Shown here: in pieces, positions 48,070 through 57,976 of the stretch
Layout: every line of letters starts with the position of its first letter
How positions within the stretch are numbered: position 1 is the first letter of the stretch
Program-made: the position numbers and the translations under genes
The notes under the pieces: generated by a model
Database searches by the model: none
Told to the model about the DNA's origin: nothing
The model's input: the letters and a program-made list of their open reading frames with translations, nothing else
Origin: Patescibacteria group bacterium UBA4787
GTDB taxonomy: Bacteria; Patescibacteriota; Patescibacteriia; UBA2591; UBA4787
Assembly: GCA_002402995.1 (NCBI GenBank)
Contig: DHGX01000003.1
Span: forward strand, 82,309-146,308
DNA: 64,000 bases
Direction of reading: 5' to 3'

Positions 48070-48201
48070 CCCCTCACATGGGAATGATTAAGGAATTTAA
48101 TATATTTTTCCTTTGATATATAAAACAAAAACCAAGAATCTATTTAAAATAAAAAGCGTCTTTCTCTACAAAGACAAAACATATCGTTCCCATGTGAGGG
48201 G
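48070..48201. mobile_element. 132-bp TIR element abutting a -35 box
   Basis: TGTCAA-CCCCTCACATGGGAATGAT...ATCGTTCCCATGTGAGGGG-CTTCGT. Confidence 0.8.
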
Positions 48202-48394
48202 CTTCGTTCATTTGCCATCGATGATTTTTCTTATTATAATTATTTTTCATTATTCTACTCCGAACCACGTCGGGTTCGGGGTAGCCCAGCACCCTACGTG
48301 GCGCAGGGCTAACTTCTCCCGACGCCTTGGTCGGGATCCTCGATTTCTTTACCAAATCAAAAGATTTGGAAGAAATCGGGATATATTCTATTTT

Positions 48395-49099
48395 ATGTTT
48401 TTCCGCGGTTGGCAAAAACAATCTTTAATTGAATGGCCGGGTAAAATTTCAACGGTTGTTTTTATGGGTGGATGTAATTTTTCATGTCCTTGGTGTTATA
48501 ACCGAGACTTAGTTTTAAACAGCGAATATCTGCCCAAAATTTTCGAAGAAGAAATTTTAGAATATTTGAATAAAAATAAAGATTTTTTGGACGCCTTGGT
48601 GGTGACCGGCGGAGAACCGACGCTTTGCGGCGACAGCGGTGATTTGTGGCTGTTTTTTGAAAAAATTAAAAAAGCGGGATTTTTGGTTGGGTTGGAGACA
48701 AACGGCACTTATCCGAAGATTATTGAAAAATTATTAAAAAATAAATTAATAGATTATTTAGCTATGGATATAAAGGCGCCGTTAAATCATGAAAAATATG
48801 ATCAACTCGCCGGCGCGGAAATTAATTTAGAGGACATTAAGAAATCAATTAGTTTGATCAAAGGATCTGATATTGATTATGAGTTTCGCACGACCGTTGT
48901 CCCCGGACTGTTAACTGTTGACGATATTAAAAAAATAGCGCAGGAAATAAAAGGAGCTAATCGTTATGTTCTGCAAAAATTTCGTTCCGAAAACAGCTTG
49001 TTAGCCGGAGATAGAACACCCGAAAATGCTCAAGAATTAGACCTTAACGCGTTAGCGAAAAAAATTGATCCACTTGTCAAATGTCTAATTCGGGCTTAA
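48395..49099 (+). CDS. nrdG: Anaerobic ribonucleotide reductase activating radical SAM protein
   Basis: GCNFSCPWCYN, VVTGGEPT, LETNGT, AMDIKAP, YEFRTTVVP; start at ATG 48395. Confidence 0.88.
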   Translation: MFFRGWQKQSLIEWPGKISTVVFMGGCNFSCPWCYNRDLVLNSEYLPKIFEEEILEYLNKNKDFLDALVVTGGEPTLCGDSGDLWLFFEKIKKAGFLVGLETNGTYPKIIEKLLKNKLIDYLAMDIKAPLNHEKYDQLAGAEINLEDIKKSISLIKGSDIDYEFRTTVVPGLLTVDDIKKIAQEIKGANRYVLQKFRSENSLLAGDRTPENAQELDLNALAKKIDPLVKCLIRA

Positions 49100-49229
49100 A
49101 ATTATTATCAAGCGAGCGAGCGAAATAAAAATTTTATTTTTATTTCCGAGCAAGCGCAGATATCAAAAGGTTTAATACCTTTTATCTTAAGAGTTCATTA
49201 AAACAATCAACAGAAAGGGGGTGGCGATC

Positions 49230-49658
49230 ATGTCTCGAGGTCTTTATTATCAGACATACGGTAAAAGACTGGATAAGATGGAGCTGTATCGGTGGCTGGC
49301 CAAAATTTTTAAGCTTCTGAGAAGCGGCAAGCTTGTGGTCATTTTCCCTGATCGCCGGACTATCGCTGCCAATGAACGCATACTTCCGGGCAGCAAAAGA
49401 AAGAAGCCGCCACATTTCTTCGGTGATGCCACAGACAAAGAGACGAGCAAGAAAATTATTCGTCTCAATCCTTATCGGCGCGGATTCTTCAATAGCTTGC
49501 TTCACGAATGTCTTCATCTGGTCGCGCCCGACATGCCGCACGCGTTAATTTATCGGCTTCCCGAAATGATGGTTAGGCAAATGACTTCGAGTCATTACGC
49601 CCGTTTACTAAAACTCTTGGCTCGCAATATCCGCTACCAGCCCAAAGTCAAAAAATAA
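49230..49658 (+). CDS. Basic hypothetical protein with HExxH motif (cassette gene)
   Basis: SLLHECLHL; leader TTGTCA-17-TAAAAT, AGTTCATTAA, AAGGGGG; terminator at 49658-49692. Confidence 0.65.
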   Translation: MSRGLYYQTYGKRLDKMELYRWLAKIFKLLRSGKLVVIFPDRRTIAANERILPGSKRKKPPHFFGDATDKETSKKIIRLNPYRRGFFNSLLHECLHLVAPDMPHALIYRLPEMMVRQMTSSHYARLLKLLARNIRYQPKVKK

Positions 49659-49762
49659 AAGGCGGTTCAAGGAAATACTTGACCGCCTTTTCATTTATTG
49701 TATTTTTTAAAAAAACTGGCATAATATTATCATAGAGAAAGGAAAAATTAATATTATAAAAA

Positions 49763-50858
49763 ATGCTTAAAGACTTAATCAACAAATTGGAAATTCTAAA
49801 AGAACGTTTTTCCAAGACACAGGGGTTTCTTTGACTTCTCTAAAATCAGAAAAGAAATTATTGATTTAGAAGAAAAGTCGGCCGAAATCAATTTTTGGCA
49901 AAATCCACCCGAAGCAGAGAAAATAATGAAACGACTAGGCGGTCTTAGAGAGAGTCTGGCCAAATGGGAATCATTAGAGAAGAACATCAACGATCTTTTA
50001 GAGGTTGCTCATTTAGATAACGAAGATGCCAGTGTTTCTTTGCGTCCGGAAATAGAAACAAAAATTATTGAATTAGAGAAAGAATTGGTTAAAATGGAGC
50101 TCCTGATTTTTTTGGGAAAGAAATACGATAAAAGCGACGCGATTTTATCAATTCATGCCGGTACCGGCGGGGTGGATGCTCAAGATTGGGCGGAAATGCT
50201 TTTGCGCATGTATCTTAGATTCGCGGAAAAACGAGATTGGCAAGTCAAGATTGTAGAAATCAGCGCTGCTTCGGAAGCAGGCATTAAAAGCGTTACACTT
50301 GAAATATCAGGCGATTACGCTTATGGAAATTTGAAAGGCGAGGCAGGAGTTCACCGCTTAGTGCGCATTTCACCTTTTGACTCGGAAAAGATGCGACACA
50401 CTTCATTCGTCTTAGTGGAAGTGATTCCGGAGATAGAAGACGCGAAAATAGAGATTAAACCGGATGATATAAAAATTGACACATATTTATCTTCCGGCGC
50501 GGGTGGACAAAATGTTCAAAAAGTGGAAACTGCCGTCAGGATTACTCATTTGCCGAGCAGGATTTCGGTAAGTTGCCAAAGCGAACGTTCGCAACATCAA
50601 AATCGTGAACGCGCCATGAAAATTTTGCAGGCCAAACTTTATCAATATTATGAAGCGAAAGTAGAGGCCGAGAGGGAAAGATTGCGCGGCGAATATAAAA
50701 GCGCTTCATGGGGCAATCAGATTCGTTCTTATGTTTTGCAGCCGTATAAAATGGTTAAAGATCATCGGACGAATTACGAAACCAGCGATATTCAAAAAGT
50801 TTTAGACGGATATTTAGATGAATTTATAGAAAGTTATCTTAGGGAGCGTAAAGCGTAA
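49763..50858 (+). CDS. prfB: Peptide chain release factor 2 with programmed +1 frameshift
   Basis: ATG 49763 is in frame to AGGGG-TTT-CTT-TGA-C (49821-49835); the +1 frame continues into the SPF- and GGQ-containing ORF. Confidence 0.95.
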
Positions 50859-50937
50859 AATGCAAAGCGTAAAACAACAGCGTAAAATTTAAAATTTATT
50901 TTTTACTTTTAACCTTTAATTTTTAACTTTTAAAAAT

Positions 50938-52776
50938 ATGTGCGGAATAGTTGGTTATATCGGCAAAGATGATGGCACAGAAATCTGCCTTAAAGGATTA
51001 AAAAGGTTAGAATATCGCGGTTATGATTCGGCTGGTATGGCGGTTGTTGATAATCAAGAAATTAAATCTATAAAGGTTAAGGGCAGGGTGGCGGCTTTAG
51101 AAGAGAAACAAAAAAATAATCCGCTTAAGGGATCGCTTGTTATTGCTCATACGCGTTGGGCAACGCATGGCGTGCCTTCAGAGGAAAACGCGCACCCGCA
51201 TTTCGATTGTCATAAACAGTTCGCGATTGTCCATAACGGCATCATTGAAAATTACGCGAGCTTAAAAAGGTGGTTAGAAGAAAAAGGCCATAAATTTACT
51301 TCTCAAACCGACACAGAAGTTATCCCGCATTTGATCGAAGATTATTACGAAGGGGATTTGGTCGCTACTGTGCAAAAAGTTTTGTCTTTAGTGGAAGGAA
51401 CTTATGGATTGGCGATTATTTCCGCGAAAGAACCCGACAAAATGGTGGCGGCGCGCTGCGGCAGTCCTTTAATTCTCGGCATTTGCGATAACGGCGATTA
51501 TATTGTGGCTTCTGACCCCACAGCCGTGGTTGAATACACGCGCAAGGTCGTTTATTTAAATGACCGCGAAGTGGTTGTTTTAAATCATGGGAGTTATCAA
51601 ATTTTTACTTTAGACAACAAAGAAGTGGAGCGCGAGACAAGTGAGATCGCCTGGGATCTGGCGCAGATTGAAAAAGGCGGTTTTCCTCATTTTATGTTGA
51701 AAGAAATTTTTAATCAGCCGGATACTGTAAGCAACGCGATGCGCGGCAGAATTATTTTAAGCGAGAATAGGGTGAAGCTCGGCGGTTTGATTGATTATCT
51801 GGATTCTCTGGCGAAATCAGAAAGAATAGTTTTTGTGGCTTGCGGCACAAGCTGGCACGCCGGTTTAATCGCAGAATACCTTTTTGAAAATTTAGCCAGT
51901 TTGCCGACCGAAGTAGAATACGCTTCGGAATTTCGTTATAAGGGCTCAATCGTCAACACCGACACGCCCTATTTTGTAATCAGTCAATCAGGCGAGACAG
52001 CCGATACTTTGGAATCTCTACGTAAGGTTAAAAGCGCGGGCGGAAAAGTTTTCGGTATTGTGAACGTGGTGGGTTCAACTATTGCCCGCGAAACCGACGC
52101 AGGCATTTATTTGCACGCCGGACCGGAAATCGGCGTGGCTTCAACTAAGGCCTTTACTTCACAGGTGACGGTTTTATCCTTGCTGGCTTTGTATTTAGCG
52201 AAAGCGCGAGGAAAAATGTCTGATGAAGATATGCAGGCCAGGCTTAATTCGGTTTTAGCTTTGCCTAAAATTATTGAAAAGATTTTGAAAAACGCCGATT
52301 CCATTAAAAATATCGCGGAAAGATACATCAAATATAATAATTTTCTTTATTTGGGACGAGGCTATAATTTCCCGGTGGCTTTAGAGGGCGCCTTGAAGCT
52401 TAAAGAAATTTCCTATATCCACGCCGAAGGCTATCCGGCCGCGGAAATGAAACACGGCCCGATTGCCTTAATTGATCAAAATATGCCGGTTGTGGTTGTC
52501 GCCACGGACACCGAAGATATAATTTATCAGAAAGTGATGAGTAATATTGAAGAGGTCAGGGCGCGCGGCGGAAATATTATCGCCATCGCCACCGAAGGGA
52601 ATGAAGACATTAAAAATTTCGCCACCGAAGTTATTTATGTTCCCAAAACCGCCGGTTTTATTTCGCCGATTGTTAATGTTATCCCGCTTCAACTGTTATC
52701 TTATTATATGGCCGCGGCCAGAGGATGCGACATTGATAAGCCGAGAAATTTGGCCAAATCAGTTACTGTGGAGTAG
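50938..52776 (+). CDS. glmS: Glutamine--fructose-6-phosphate transaminase
   Basis: MCGIVGY, LEYRGYDSAG, HTRWATHG, SQSGETADT, KPRNLAKSVTVE. Confidence 0.98.
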   Translation: MCGIVGYIGKDDGTEICLKGLKRLEYRGYDSAGMAVVDNQEIKSIKVKGRVAALEEKQKNNPLKGSLVIAHTRWATHGVPSEENAHPHFDCHKQFAIVHNGIIENYASLKRWLEEKGHKFTSQTDTEVIPHLIEDYYEGDLVATVQKVLSLVEGTYGLAIISAKEPDKMVAARCGSPLILGICDNGDYIVASDPTAVVEYTRKVVYLNDREVVVLNHGSYQIFTLDNKEVERETSEIAWDLAQIEKGGFPHFMLKEIFNQPDTVSNAMRGRIILSENRVKLGGLIDYLDSLAKSERIVFVACGTSWHAGLIAEYLFENLASLPTEVEYASEFRYKGSIVNTDTPYFVISQSGETADTLESLRKVKSAGGKVFGIVNVVGSTIARETDAGIYLHAGPEIGVASTKAFTSQVTVLSLLALYLAKARGKMSDEDMQARLNSVLALPKIIEKILKNADSIKNIAERYIKYNNFLYLGRGYNFPVALEGALKLKEISYIHAEGYPAAEMKHGPIALIDQNMPVVVVATDTEDIIYQKVMSNIEEVRARGGNIIAIATEGNEDIKNFATEVIYVPKTAGFISPIVNVIPLQLLSYYMAAARGCDIDKPRNLAKSVTVE

Positions 52777-53057
52777 GACGGAAGCATGGAGCATGAATTA
52801 CGAGAAAATAGTCCCGATTAGTACAAAAACTAAAAGTTTTTGTTTACTAATCGAGGATCCACGATTTTGGAGCCATCGCAAAGCGATGGACAAAATCGGG
52901 AAAAGTAGTAAGTAGAAAGTAAAATAAAGCGTGAAGTTTGTTTCTGGGAGGTCGCACTCTCTGAGGGTGCGACCTCTAAAAAATAAATCTTTATATCAAA
53001 TTTTTACTATGGTAATAGAAAAAGGACACAGATTTTTTCTGTGTCCTTTGAGCGATC

Positions 53058-53429
53058 TTACGCTTTCCAGGCCCATTTGAAGGCCCGGCCGATGAATTTG
53101 AGGATGAATTTGAGGATGATCCACGCCATTTTGGCGATTCCGACGATGACCAGTATCGCGGATGCGACCACAGTAGCTGCCAATACGATTGGCCAAAGAG
53201 CCCTGAGGGGCATATTGTCGAAGTCTTTTGTTCCGCCGTTTTTGTAGACGTTTAATTTGACGTTTTCGTAGGTGTTTAAAAATTTCTCGCGATCCCACTC
53301 CAATTTTTCTACTACTTCGGTCGCAGCCAAGAGTAGGGCACCCAGTCTTTTAGCGATGCTGCCCAATATCACATAAAGGAACAGGGCAACTAGACCGAGC
53401 AAGATGTACAGGGCGATCGTGGCGATCAT
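53058..53429 (-). CDS. Small membrane protein
   Basis: Two hydrophobic segments; AAGGAG SD. Confidence 0.7.
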   Translation of the reverse strand: MIATIALYILLGLVALFLYVILGSIAKRLGALLLAATEVVEKLEWDREKFLNTYENVKLNVYKNGGTKDFDNMPLRALWPIVLAATVVASAILVIVGIAKMAWIILKFILKFIGRAFKWAWKA

Positions 53430-53464
53430 AGAGGTATCTCCTTTGATAATTATTAATGTTGATA

Positions 53465-53695
53465 TTACTTTCGAACCGGTTCGATTTTGCGACGAATGGC
53501 GGTAAATATGGATTTTACTTTTCGCGGGATCGCCAGGAAGAGATTAGCTACAATGACGATTCCAACGGCAATGCCACCCATGATATAAATGGAAACCACG
53601 GCGCATATAATCACGAGAACGGCGAACAGTATGAAGAAAAAAACGAGGGTAATAACGCCAATGACAGAAATGAAAGCCGCTATGACATCCAACAT
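53465..53695 (-). CDS. Small membrane protein, first gene of a two-gene cassette
   Basis: Leader TTGACT-17-TAAAGT, TGATCTTTAA, AAGGAG. Confidence 0.7.
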   Translation of the reverse strand: MLDVIAAFISVIGVITLVFFFILFAVLVIICAVVSIYIMGGIAVGIVIVANLFLAIPRKVKSIFTAIRRKIEPVRK

Positions 53696-53799
53696 AGAAT
53701 TTCTCCTTTTGTCTTTTTGTTATTAAAGATCAATTTGATATGGTAAACTTTATAGGTTTTTGGTGAAAAAGTCAAGGCTTTAAACTTTTCCACAAGCAA

Positions 53800-53841
53800 T
53801 TAGCACTCGCACTTGACGAGTGCTAATTATTGTTTTACAAT
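53800..53841 (+). promoter_or_regulatory. CIRCE operator overlapping the hrcA promoter
   Basis: Perfect TTAGCACTC-N9-GAGTGCTAA (53800-53826) containing TTGACG, with TACAAT 17 nt later. Confidence 0.95.
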
Positions 53842-53969
53842 TATATATCGTATGAAGCGCGCGCGTAGCTTGTAGTATTGACGAGGTTTTGGTTTGCGAG
53901 TTTTACGCTTCAAGAATTTAATAACTTTATTCTTAACTCTAAATTTTACTTTCTACTTTCTAAATTCTA

Positions 53970-54674
53970 ATGTTGACTCAACGACAAGAAAAGATTTTAA
54001 ATTTAATTATTGAAGAATATATTCGGACCAGCCAGCCGGTTGGCTCGGAGTTTTTGGCTAAACGCTTAGGCAAGATTTCGCCGGCCACTATTAGAAATGA
54101 AATGACGGCTTTAACTCAAGATAATTTTTTAGTTCAGCCCCATACTTCGGCCGGACGCGTTCCTTCAGAATCGGCCTATCGCTATTATTTAGATCATTTG
54201 AAAATCAAAGAGAGGCCGTCGCCGGAAATTAATTTTTGGAAAAATCTTTTATCAAAAAACAAACACGAATCAAAAGATTTAGTTTTAAAAAAAATAGCCA
54301 AAGAAATGGCGAACGCGACCGAAGAGGCAATTTTGCTCGCTTTTGACAAAAATGATTATTATTATACCGGATTCACCTTTCTTTTCGGCCAGCCGGAATT
54401 CGCCGATCTTAAATTAATCCATCGGTTTTCCGAAGTCATTGATCGAGCTGATGAAGTTTGGGGAGAATTTTTGCCTTCCATAAACCGCAAAGAACTGCAG
54501 ATATTTTTGGGAGAAGCCTGTCCTTTCGGCCGGGCATGCAGTTTAATTACTGTTCCCACGGATTTCATTGGCAATCGGCAGACAGTTATTAGTTTATTAG
54601 GTCCGATGCGAATGAATTACAATAAGAATATTGCCTTGATGAGAAATTTGAAGGAAATGTTAAATAAAATATAA
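53970..54674 (+). CDS. hrcA: Heat-inducible repressor HrcA (short form)
   Basis: PVGSE, SPATIRNEM, QPHTSAGRVPS, LGPMRMNY. Confidence 0.93.
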   Translation: MLTQRQEKILNLIIEEYIRTSQPVGSEFLAKRLGKISPATIRNEMTALTQDNFLVQPHTSAGRVPSESAYRYYLDHLKIKERPSPEINFWKNLLSKNKHESKDLVLKKIAKEMANATEEAILLAFDKNDYYYTGFTFLFGQPEFADLKLIHRFSEVIDRADEVWGEFLPSINRKELQIFLGEACPFGRACSLITVPTDFIGNRQTVISLLGPMRMNYNKNIALMRNLKEMLNKI

Positions 54675-54678
54675 ATAA

Positions 54679-55194
54679 ATGCCAGACAAAAAAAATCAAA
54701 ATCAAACAACTTCAAACGATGAAAACGAGAAAGAGCCCCTTGATTTAACAACCGAAGAATTAAAACGCCAAGCCGAAGAATATTTAAACGGATGGAAACG
54801 CGCTAAAGCCGATTATCTTAATTTGCAAAGGGAAATGGCGCGTGAAAAATTGGAATGGATTGAGTTCAGCAATTTTAATTTCGTCCAAAAATTATTGCCG
54901 GTTTTGGACAGTTTTCAAATGTTAATGCCGCACATTGACCAAGAAAGCGAGGCGGGTAAGGGTTTGTTGCTGGTCGGCCAGCAAATAAAAAATTTCTTGA
55001 AAGAAATAGGCTTAGAAAAAATAAAAACCATAGGAGAAAAATTTGATCCATCAAGACACGAGGCAATTGAAAAAAGAGTGAGCGAAGAAGGTGAAACAGA
55101 AGAAAACAACAATTCAATCGTTAAAGAAGAAATAATGGCTGGTTATTTATTGAACGGCAAATTAATCAGGCCGGCAAAAGTAATCATTGAATAA
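54679..55194 (+). CDS. grpE: Nucleotide exchange factor GrpE
   Basis: RAKADYLN, LLPVLDSF, FDPSRHEA, GYLLNGKLIRPAKV. Confidence 0.95.
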   Translation: MPDKKNQNQTTSNDENEKEPLDLTTEELKRQAEEYLNGWKRAKADYLNLQREMAREKLEWIEFSNFNFVQKLLPVLDSFQMLMPHIDQESEAGKGLLLVGQQIKNFLKEIGLEKIKTIGEKFDPSRHEAIEKRVSEEGETEENNNSIVKEEIMAGYLLNGKLIRPAKVIIE

Positions 55195-55216
55195 GTAATT
55201 AAGTAAATATAAAAAT

Positions 55217-55675
55217 ATGAATCCATTAATTCCTTGGCGCGGCGGATATGTTGATCCGTGGGACGAATTCCATCGTCTCATAAAATGGCCAGATATGGAG
55301 AATGAATTTAAAGAATTAAAATCAACGGATCTTATTCCGGCGCTTGATGTTTACGAAGATAAAGACAAATTAGTTATAGAAAGCCCTATTACCGGCATTG
55401 ATCCAGAGAAGGTTGATGTTTCCATCGAAAACGATGTTTTAACAATCAAAGGTGAAAGCGAAAAGAAAACCGAAGTGGACGAAAAGAATTATTATCGCAA
55501 AGAGGCCAGGTACGGCTCTTTCTATCGCGCGATGAAATTGCCGGTGCATGTCATAGGCGATAAGGCAACCGCTTCTTACGCTGATGGGCTTTTGAAGATT
55601 GAAGTTCCGAAAGCGGCTCCAAAAGTTTTACCCAAAATCAAGGTTCAAGTTAAAAAAGGGAATAAACCCCGTTAG
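55217..55675 (+). CDS. Hsp20 small heat-shock protein
   Basis: PALDVYE, LTIKGE, YGSFYR..KLP, ASYADGLLKIEVPK; the stop codon lies inside an element end CCCCGTTAG. Confidence 0.93.
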   Translation: MNPLIPWRGGYVDPWDEFHRLIKWPDMENEFKELKSTDLIPALDVYEDKDKLVIESPITGIDPEKVDVSIENDVLTIKGESEKKTEVDEKNYYRKEARYGSFYRAMKLPVHVIGDKATASYADGLLKIEVPKAAPKVLPKIKVQVKKGNKPR

Positions 55676-55683
55676 AAACTGTT

Positions 55684-55767
55684 ATGTGGTATGTTTATAT
55701 TTTATTTAGTAAAAAGACAACTCATTAGTATATTGGCTCGACCAAAGATTTGAGAAAAAGAATTTAA
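55684..55767 (+). pseudogene. GIY-YIG nuclease remnant behind a CCCCGTTAGAAA left end (55667)
   Basis: Translates as MWYVYILFSKKTTH*YIGSTKDLRKRI*. Confidence 0.8.
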
Positions 55768-55785
55768 ATAAAACAAAAATATATG

Positions 55786-55922
55786 CCAGGTAGTGAAAAT
55801 TCGATAGTGCTTTTGCTTCATTCCATTGCCCGGTCTCATCATTAATAAAATAACCAATTCTTTGCTTCCAGCGTGTTTCTTAATAATCACACTTTAAGAA
55901 GCATCGAATTTCTACTACCTGG
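55786..55922 (+). mobile_element. 137-bp TIR element on a duplicated dnaK 5' end
   Basis: TATG-CCAGGTAGTGAAAATTCGAT...ATCGAATTTCTACTACCTGG-TATG. Confidence 0.88.
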
Positions 55923-55991
55923 TATGGCAAAATAATAGGTATCAATAGTTTAAAGAACAATGTGTAATTAAATAATTATAATAATAAAAGT

Positions 55992-57869
55992 ATGGCAAAA
56001 ATTATAGGTATTGACCTTGGCACTTCTAATTCAGCCGCGGCTTATATGGAAGCCGGTCGGCCAAAAATGATTCCTTCGGCCGAAGGCACCACGCTTGTCG
56101 GCGGCAAAGCTTTTCCGTCTTACGTGGCTTTTACTTCGGACGGACAACTTTTGGTCGGTGAACCGGCCAGACGCCAGTTAGTGGCTAACCCACAAGGCAC
56201 GGTTTACGCGGCTAAGCGTAAAATGGGCACGGATTACAAATTTCCGGTTCTTGATAAAGAATACACGCCACAGCAAATTTCAGCTTTTATTTTGCAAAAG
56301 ATAAAAAAAGACGCTGAATTATATTTGGGCGACAAGGTTGAGAAAGCGGTTATTACCGTTCCGGCTTATTTTAACGACGCGCAGCGCCAAGCGACTAAAG
56401 ACGCGGGCGCGATTGCCGGTTTGGAAGTTATCCGCATTATCAATGAACCTACGGCCGCGGCTTTAGCTTACGGCTTGGATAAAACCAAAGACAAAGATCA
56501 GCAAGTTTTAGTTTTTGATTTGGGCGGCGGTACTCTGGACGTGACGATTATGAATTTCGGCCAGGGCGTTTTTGAAGTTATATCCACTTCTGGCGATACC
56601 CAACTCGGCGGCACGGATATGGATAATGTTTTAATTGATTATATCGCTGTTGAATTTAAAAATCAGAACGGCATCGATTTAAGAAACGACAAAATGGCTA
56701 TTCAGAGAATTAAAGAAGCCGCGGAAAAAGCCAAAATTGAATTATCATCCACTATGGAAACAGAAATTAATCTTCCTTTTGTCACGGCCGACGCGCAGGG
56801 ACCAAAACATCTTTTATTGAAAATCACCCGCGCTAAATTAGAAGAATTGGTTCAACCGATAGTTAATCGCTGCCGCGGTCCTTTGGATCAAGCTTTAACC
56901 GACGCTAAAATTACGCCAAAGGATATTGAAAAAGCAATTTTAGTCGGCGGTCCGACGCGCATGCCTATAATTCAGAAATTTATTGAAAGTTATTTCGGTC
57001 CAAAAATTGAAAGAGGCATAGATCCGATGGAATGCGTGGCCATGGGCGCGGCCGTTCAAGGTGCGATTTTAGGCGGCGAGAGCGAAGTTAAAGATGTTTT
57101 GCTTTTGGATGTTACGCCTTTGACTTTAGGCATTGAAACTTTAGGCGGAGTAATGACGCCGTTAATTGATCGCAACGCCACTATTCCGACATCTAAATCG
57201 CAGACGTTTTCCACGGCTGCCGACAGCCAGACTTCGGTGGAAATTCATGTTTTACAGGGCGAGCGTCCGATGGCCAGCGACAACCGCACTTTGGGCAGAT
57301 TTCTTTTAGACGGCATTCCGCCGGCGCCGCGCGGCATTCCTCAAGTTGAAGTAATTTTTGACATTGACGCAAACGGCATTTTAAGCGTAACCGCTAAAGA
57401 TAAGGCCACTAACCGTTCGCAGAATATTGTGATTAAGGATTCTACGGCTTTGTCCAAAGAAGAAATTGAACAAATGAAAAAACAAGCAGAACAATTCGCT
57501 AACGAAGATCGCCAAAGACGCGAATTGATTGATTCGCGCAATCAGGCTGATACTTTAATTTATACCTGCGAGAAAACCATAAAAGATTTCGCGGATAAAA
57601 TTAAACCGGAAGATAAAAAAGCGATTGAAGACAAAGTCGCCGAACTCAAAAAATTAAAAGACGGAAACGATGGCGACGCGCTTAAGAAGGGTATGCAGGA
57701 ATTAAGCGATGTGGTTCAAAAAATCGGCGCGGAATTATATAAGGCCGCCGGTCCGACAGCCCAACCCGGACAACCGGGCCAAGCCGGTCCAGCGCAAGAA
57801 CCGCCAAAAGAAGAGAAAAAATCAGATGAAGGTCCGATAGAAGGGGAATATAAAGAAACAGAAAAATAA
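55992..57869 (+). CDS. dnaK: Chaperone DnaK
   Basis: [53 protein letters not shown]. Confidence 0.98.
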   Translation: MAKIIGIDLGTSNSAAAYMEAGRPKMIPSAEGTTLVGGKAFPSYVAFTSDGQLLVGEPARRQLVANPQGTVYAAKRKMGTDYKFPVLDKEYTPQQISAFILQKIKKDAELYLGDKVEKAVITVPAYFNDAQRQATKDAGAIAGLEVIRIINEPTAAALAYGLDKTKDKDQQVLVFDLGGGTLDVTIMNFGQGVFEVISTSGDTQLGGTDMDNVLIDYIAVEFKNQNGIDLRNDKMAIQRIKEAAEKAKIELSSTMETEINLPFVTADAQGPKHLLLKITRAKLEELVQPIVNRCRGPLDQALTDAKITPKDIEKAILVGGPTRMPIIQKFIESYFGPKIERGIDPMECVAMGAAVQGAILGGESEVKDVLLLDVTPLTLGIETLGGVMTPLIDRNATIPTSKSQTFSTAADSQTSVEIHVLQGERPMASDNRTLGRFLLDGIPPAPRGIPQVEVIFDIDANGILSVTAKDKATNRSQNIVIKDSTALSKEEIEQMKKQAEQFANEDRQRRELIDSRNQADTLIYTCEKTIKDFADKIKPEDKKAIEDKVAELKKLKDGNDGDALKKGMQELSDVVQKIGAELYKAAGPTAQPGQPGQAGPAQEPPKEEKKSDEGPIEGEYKETEK

Positions 57870-57976
57870 AGGGTATAACTCCGTGATATCCGCGCTCGCT
57901 CGGAAATAAAAAACAAAGTTTTTTACTTCTCTCGCTCGCTTGATAATAAATTTAATTTTATCGCATTGTTAATGTT

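Noticed and set aside
49926-50858. prfB as a truncated gene or pseudogene
   Set aside because: Explained by the canonical CTT-TGA +1 frameshift from ATG 49763.
50860-50937. glmS ribozyme
   Set aside because: Only ~80 nt of AT-rich heptamer tract upstream; no ribozyme core visible.
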